Shown: one piece after another, positions 62,701 through 64,000 of the stretch
Numbering within the stretch: position 1 is the first letter of the stretch
Layout of the letters: the number at the start of each line of letters is the position of its first letter
Source of the DNA: an uncultured virus (IMG/VR IMGVR_UViG_3300034119_000891)
Lineage: Duplodnaviria; Heunggongvirae; Uroviricota; Caudoviricetes
Direction: 5' to 3' (one strand)
DNA: 64,000 nt
Virus record (IMG/VR): IMGVR_UViG_3300034119_000891
Made by a program: the position numbers and the translations under genes
The notes under the pieces: generated by a model
What the model was told of the DNA's origin: nothing
The model's database searches: none
What the model saw: only the letters and a program-made list of their open reading frames with translations

Positions 62701-64000
62701 TGGATTTAATAAAGATCTAAAATATTCTGCATTCCATTTAACAGCATCTGTGTGAACAATATCATATACATTTCCTAAAATTAATATTCTATTTATTAAA
62801 TTATTAATAAAGTTTTTTGTGAAATCTAATATAATATAATTTGCTGATATAGTGCTAAAAGCACTATTCCAATTTGAATATCCAGATAAATATGTATCTT
62901 TTATAGAATTTGATGTATTAACATCACTTACATATATATCAGATTTTAAACCTAACGTATCATATAAATCTTTATTTTCGTAAAAAGAATTCCAATTAGC
63001 TGAATTATCTTTTATTATAGTAGTTAAACTGTTTACATTACTATTCCAAAAATTATAATTAGATAAAATATAATTAGCAAATGGTGTATAGTTAAAATAT
63101 GCGGAATTAAAATAAGTAAAAGTGTTATATGTAGTATCCCAACTATTTACATAATCTGTATTAATTAGAAAGTCGTTTGTATTACTCCAATTTGTAGATA
63201 ATCCAGATAAGAAACTATTTAAATATATTGTATTAAAGTTAGCAGATATATTATATATGGTATTATAAAAATTTATTACCTTTTCAATTTCAGTATTAAA
63301 GTAATCATATGATCCAGATAAACTATTCCATATATCTGTATTATTTTGTAATGTATCTGTAGTGTTAAGCCAATTGTCAGCACTTAATAATATTAAATTT
63401 TTTAATGTTGTTGATGCATTTACATCAGTAGGCCAATTTGATGACGTAGATGATACTAATGATAATAAATTATCATAAGTAGTTTTATTTTCAAAAAAAG
63501 AATTCCAATTAGCAGAATTAGCATTTAATATAGAAGAAACTTTCGAAAATTTAGTAGTCCAAATACCAGAATTTGAACTAATTATATTAAATATATAATC
63601 AAAATTTGGTTTATTAGTATAATAATCAGAAGAAGTTTGGTTATATGTTGTTACATAGCTATTCCATTCTATAGGATAATTACCGTTTAAAAATGGATAC
63701 AAAACGTCCCATTTTGAAGAATTTGTATTTGTTAAGCTATTTAAACTTTCTGCTTGCCAATCGGAAGAAGAAATATTATTAATTAAACTAAATAAATCAT
63801 TTAAAAATGAAGGTGCTGTACTTATATCTGTGTAAAATGTAGTTAAATTACTCCAAATACTATTATTAGTTGTTAATGTTTCGTATGTGCTTGTGAAATT
63901 ACTAGCACTTAACATTATATCATTTAATATATCTACCGATCCTCTATCAGAAATCCAATTTGATGATATAGTGGTTAACAAGGATACTAAATTATCGTAA
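59761..64000 (-). CDS. Paralogous NSANW-repeat fibre-like protein (5'-truncated at window edge)
   Basis: Frame open to the window end; NSANW repeats; C-terminal ~350 aa parallels 54218-59752. Confidence 0.75.
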   Translation of the reverse strand, partial: YDNLVSLLTTISSNWISDRGSVDILNDIMLSASNFTSTYETLTTNNSIWSNLTTFYTDISTAPSFLNDLFSLINNISSSDWQAESLNSLTNTNSSKWDVLYPFLNGNYPIEWNSYVTTYNQTSSDYYTNKPNFDYIFNIISSNSGIWTTKFSKVSSILNANSANWNSFFENKTTYDNLLSLVSSTSSNWPTDVNASTTLKNLILLSADNWLNTTDTLQNNTDIWNSLSGSYDYFNTEIEKVINFYNTIYNISANFNTIYLNSFLSGLSTNWSNTNDFLINTDYVNSWDTTYNTFTYFNSAYFNYTPFANYILSNYNFWNSNVNSLTTIIKDNSANWNSFYENKDLYDTLGLKSDIYVSDVNTSNSIKDTYLSGYSNWNSAFSTISANYIILDFTKNFINNLINRILILGNVYDIVHTDAVKWNAEYFRSLLNPNSSVWVETYNLLTAISSNWINLYNTSQYFSSVYYINRNNFNNLNNLIFQKINDWNNLKNNTESLLSSNSANWVDIYSYKVKFDDIYSVSNSNSGYWQTTVSAAPLINNLLTTNSSNSAKWVDIYNNKQKFDGHFSIISSQSAKWYDKLMVDEIATNNLFVVFSSNSANWIEVFNNKFNYDNAVNTVTSLSSGWNLNFEFLGKIAGVSNALKNNSANWIDIYNNKQIYDDFNYVITSYSPNWINYRFFDYITNLQSIISSNSANWIDIYNSKSNYDNLNYIITSYSYNWIYDTYNILNIINNIDVNKSILSSNSALWVDYVNLLGSISSNQLVYNDKISYWNTPYSLLTAFSGFYLNKSENYNSIYQIVCSNSAKWISTYPPYNILSSGSANWDSVYERKDLYYNNVNLITSLCTTYITFSPTSGVILRDSQYYNLASNYIYLSSIKLDNIFIFSQYLSSFIKPNTDKFNSLYETVTAYGGTIWNISIFNNILTSYSDDWDGVYDVLFVDNYVATWDNVHELADEIYNNVNTLNSNINPITSIISDNYLKWQDRTNLSLLTSNSSIWDSFTTSLCQNSGNWIFNEKDTFITTYTYTSSTSASLNSIFNLITTYSANWITDSINALNPITAIALSGSDTIDFSVRDIRGYGVGNFNNLSASRLYKIGSFAVTLTSLSVYNTSTNAALSVFTVGNYNGVSRFNDSVGNDILYVNAQNNNVVGINITPSLDTTTALTVSGNLSATGSIATYLQDQITKYAQISTSYINAYSILSSSSATIDGFDFNKYDSLYNYYALNSSNIDPLNGYYQTVVDSLTTQTYINNVLSSYIVLSGDNFGVDTYYRQNSALYDNAYTYFNSTSSEYLTSYNVSYLFGYNTVRKNTSGIIYLKEGVTINTWSMQSDQPTFASVDILYGKYNNYPRLTSIIGNNIPHLDSSKPIKNKGVAYDDHWIHELEGDSYLKFVLKTNTNANYILINLNVTKR

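Noticed and set aside
1..64000. Stop-codon reassignment
   Set aside because: Long conserved genes are intact in code 11, and TAG/TGA end genes at expected C-termini (e.g. MoxR ends in TAG).
54218..64000. Tape-measure protein or diversity-generating retroelement target
   Set aside because: Ig-like N-terminus, fibre-type tip and tandem paralogs do not fit a tape measure; no reverse transcriptase or adenine-specific repeat pair seen.

Overview
AT-rich segment of a large (T4-like/jumbo) tailed phage genome, standard genetic code. 1-43.5 kb is a dense accessory region, mostly on the minus strand. It holds many small hypothetical genes plus translation and RNA functions: TilS, a tmRNA with a 32-codon tag, four tRNAs (one split by a 184-nt group I intron next to a free-standing PD-(D/E)XK endonuclease) and an RNA ligase. 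Other genes include an ECF sigma factor, UvsE, MoxR/VWA, two deaminases, a SET protein, RmlC, a BGT-like glycosyltransferase, a GH46-like lysin, and DUF1501 and DUF1549-like genes that point to a Planctomycetes/Verrucomicrobia host (inference). 43.5-64 kb encodes four giant fibre-like proteins. Highlights: three covarying copies of an unrecognised structured RNA downstream of late-promoter boxes; the tRNA-Asn intron/endonuclease pair; a class-II-type tRNA with a UCU anticodon; a recurrent TAAATA-N5-start architecture implying leaderless mRNAs; and a hierarchical Trp-repeat fibre. All calls are by eye, with no database search.
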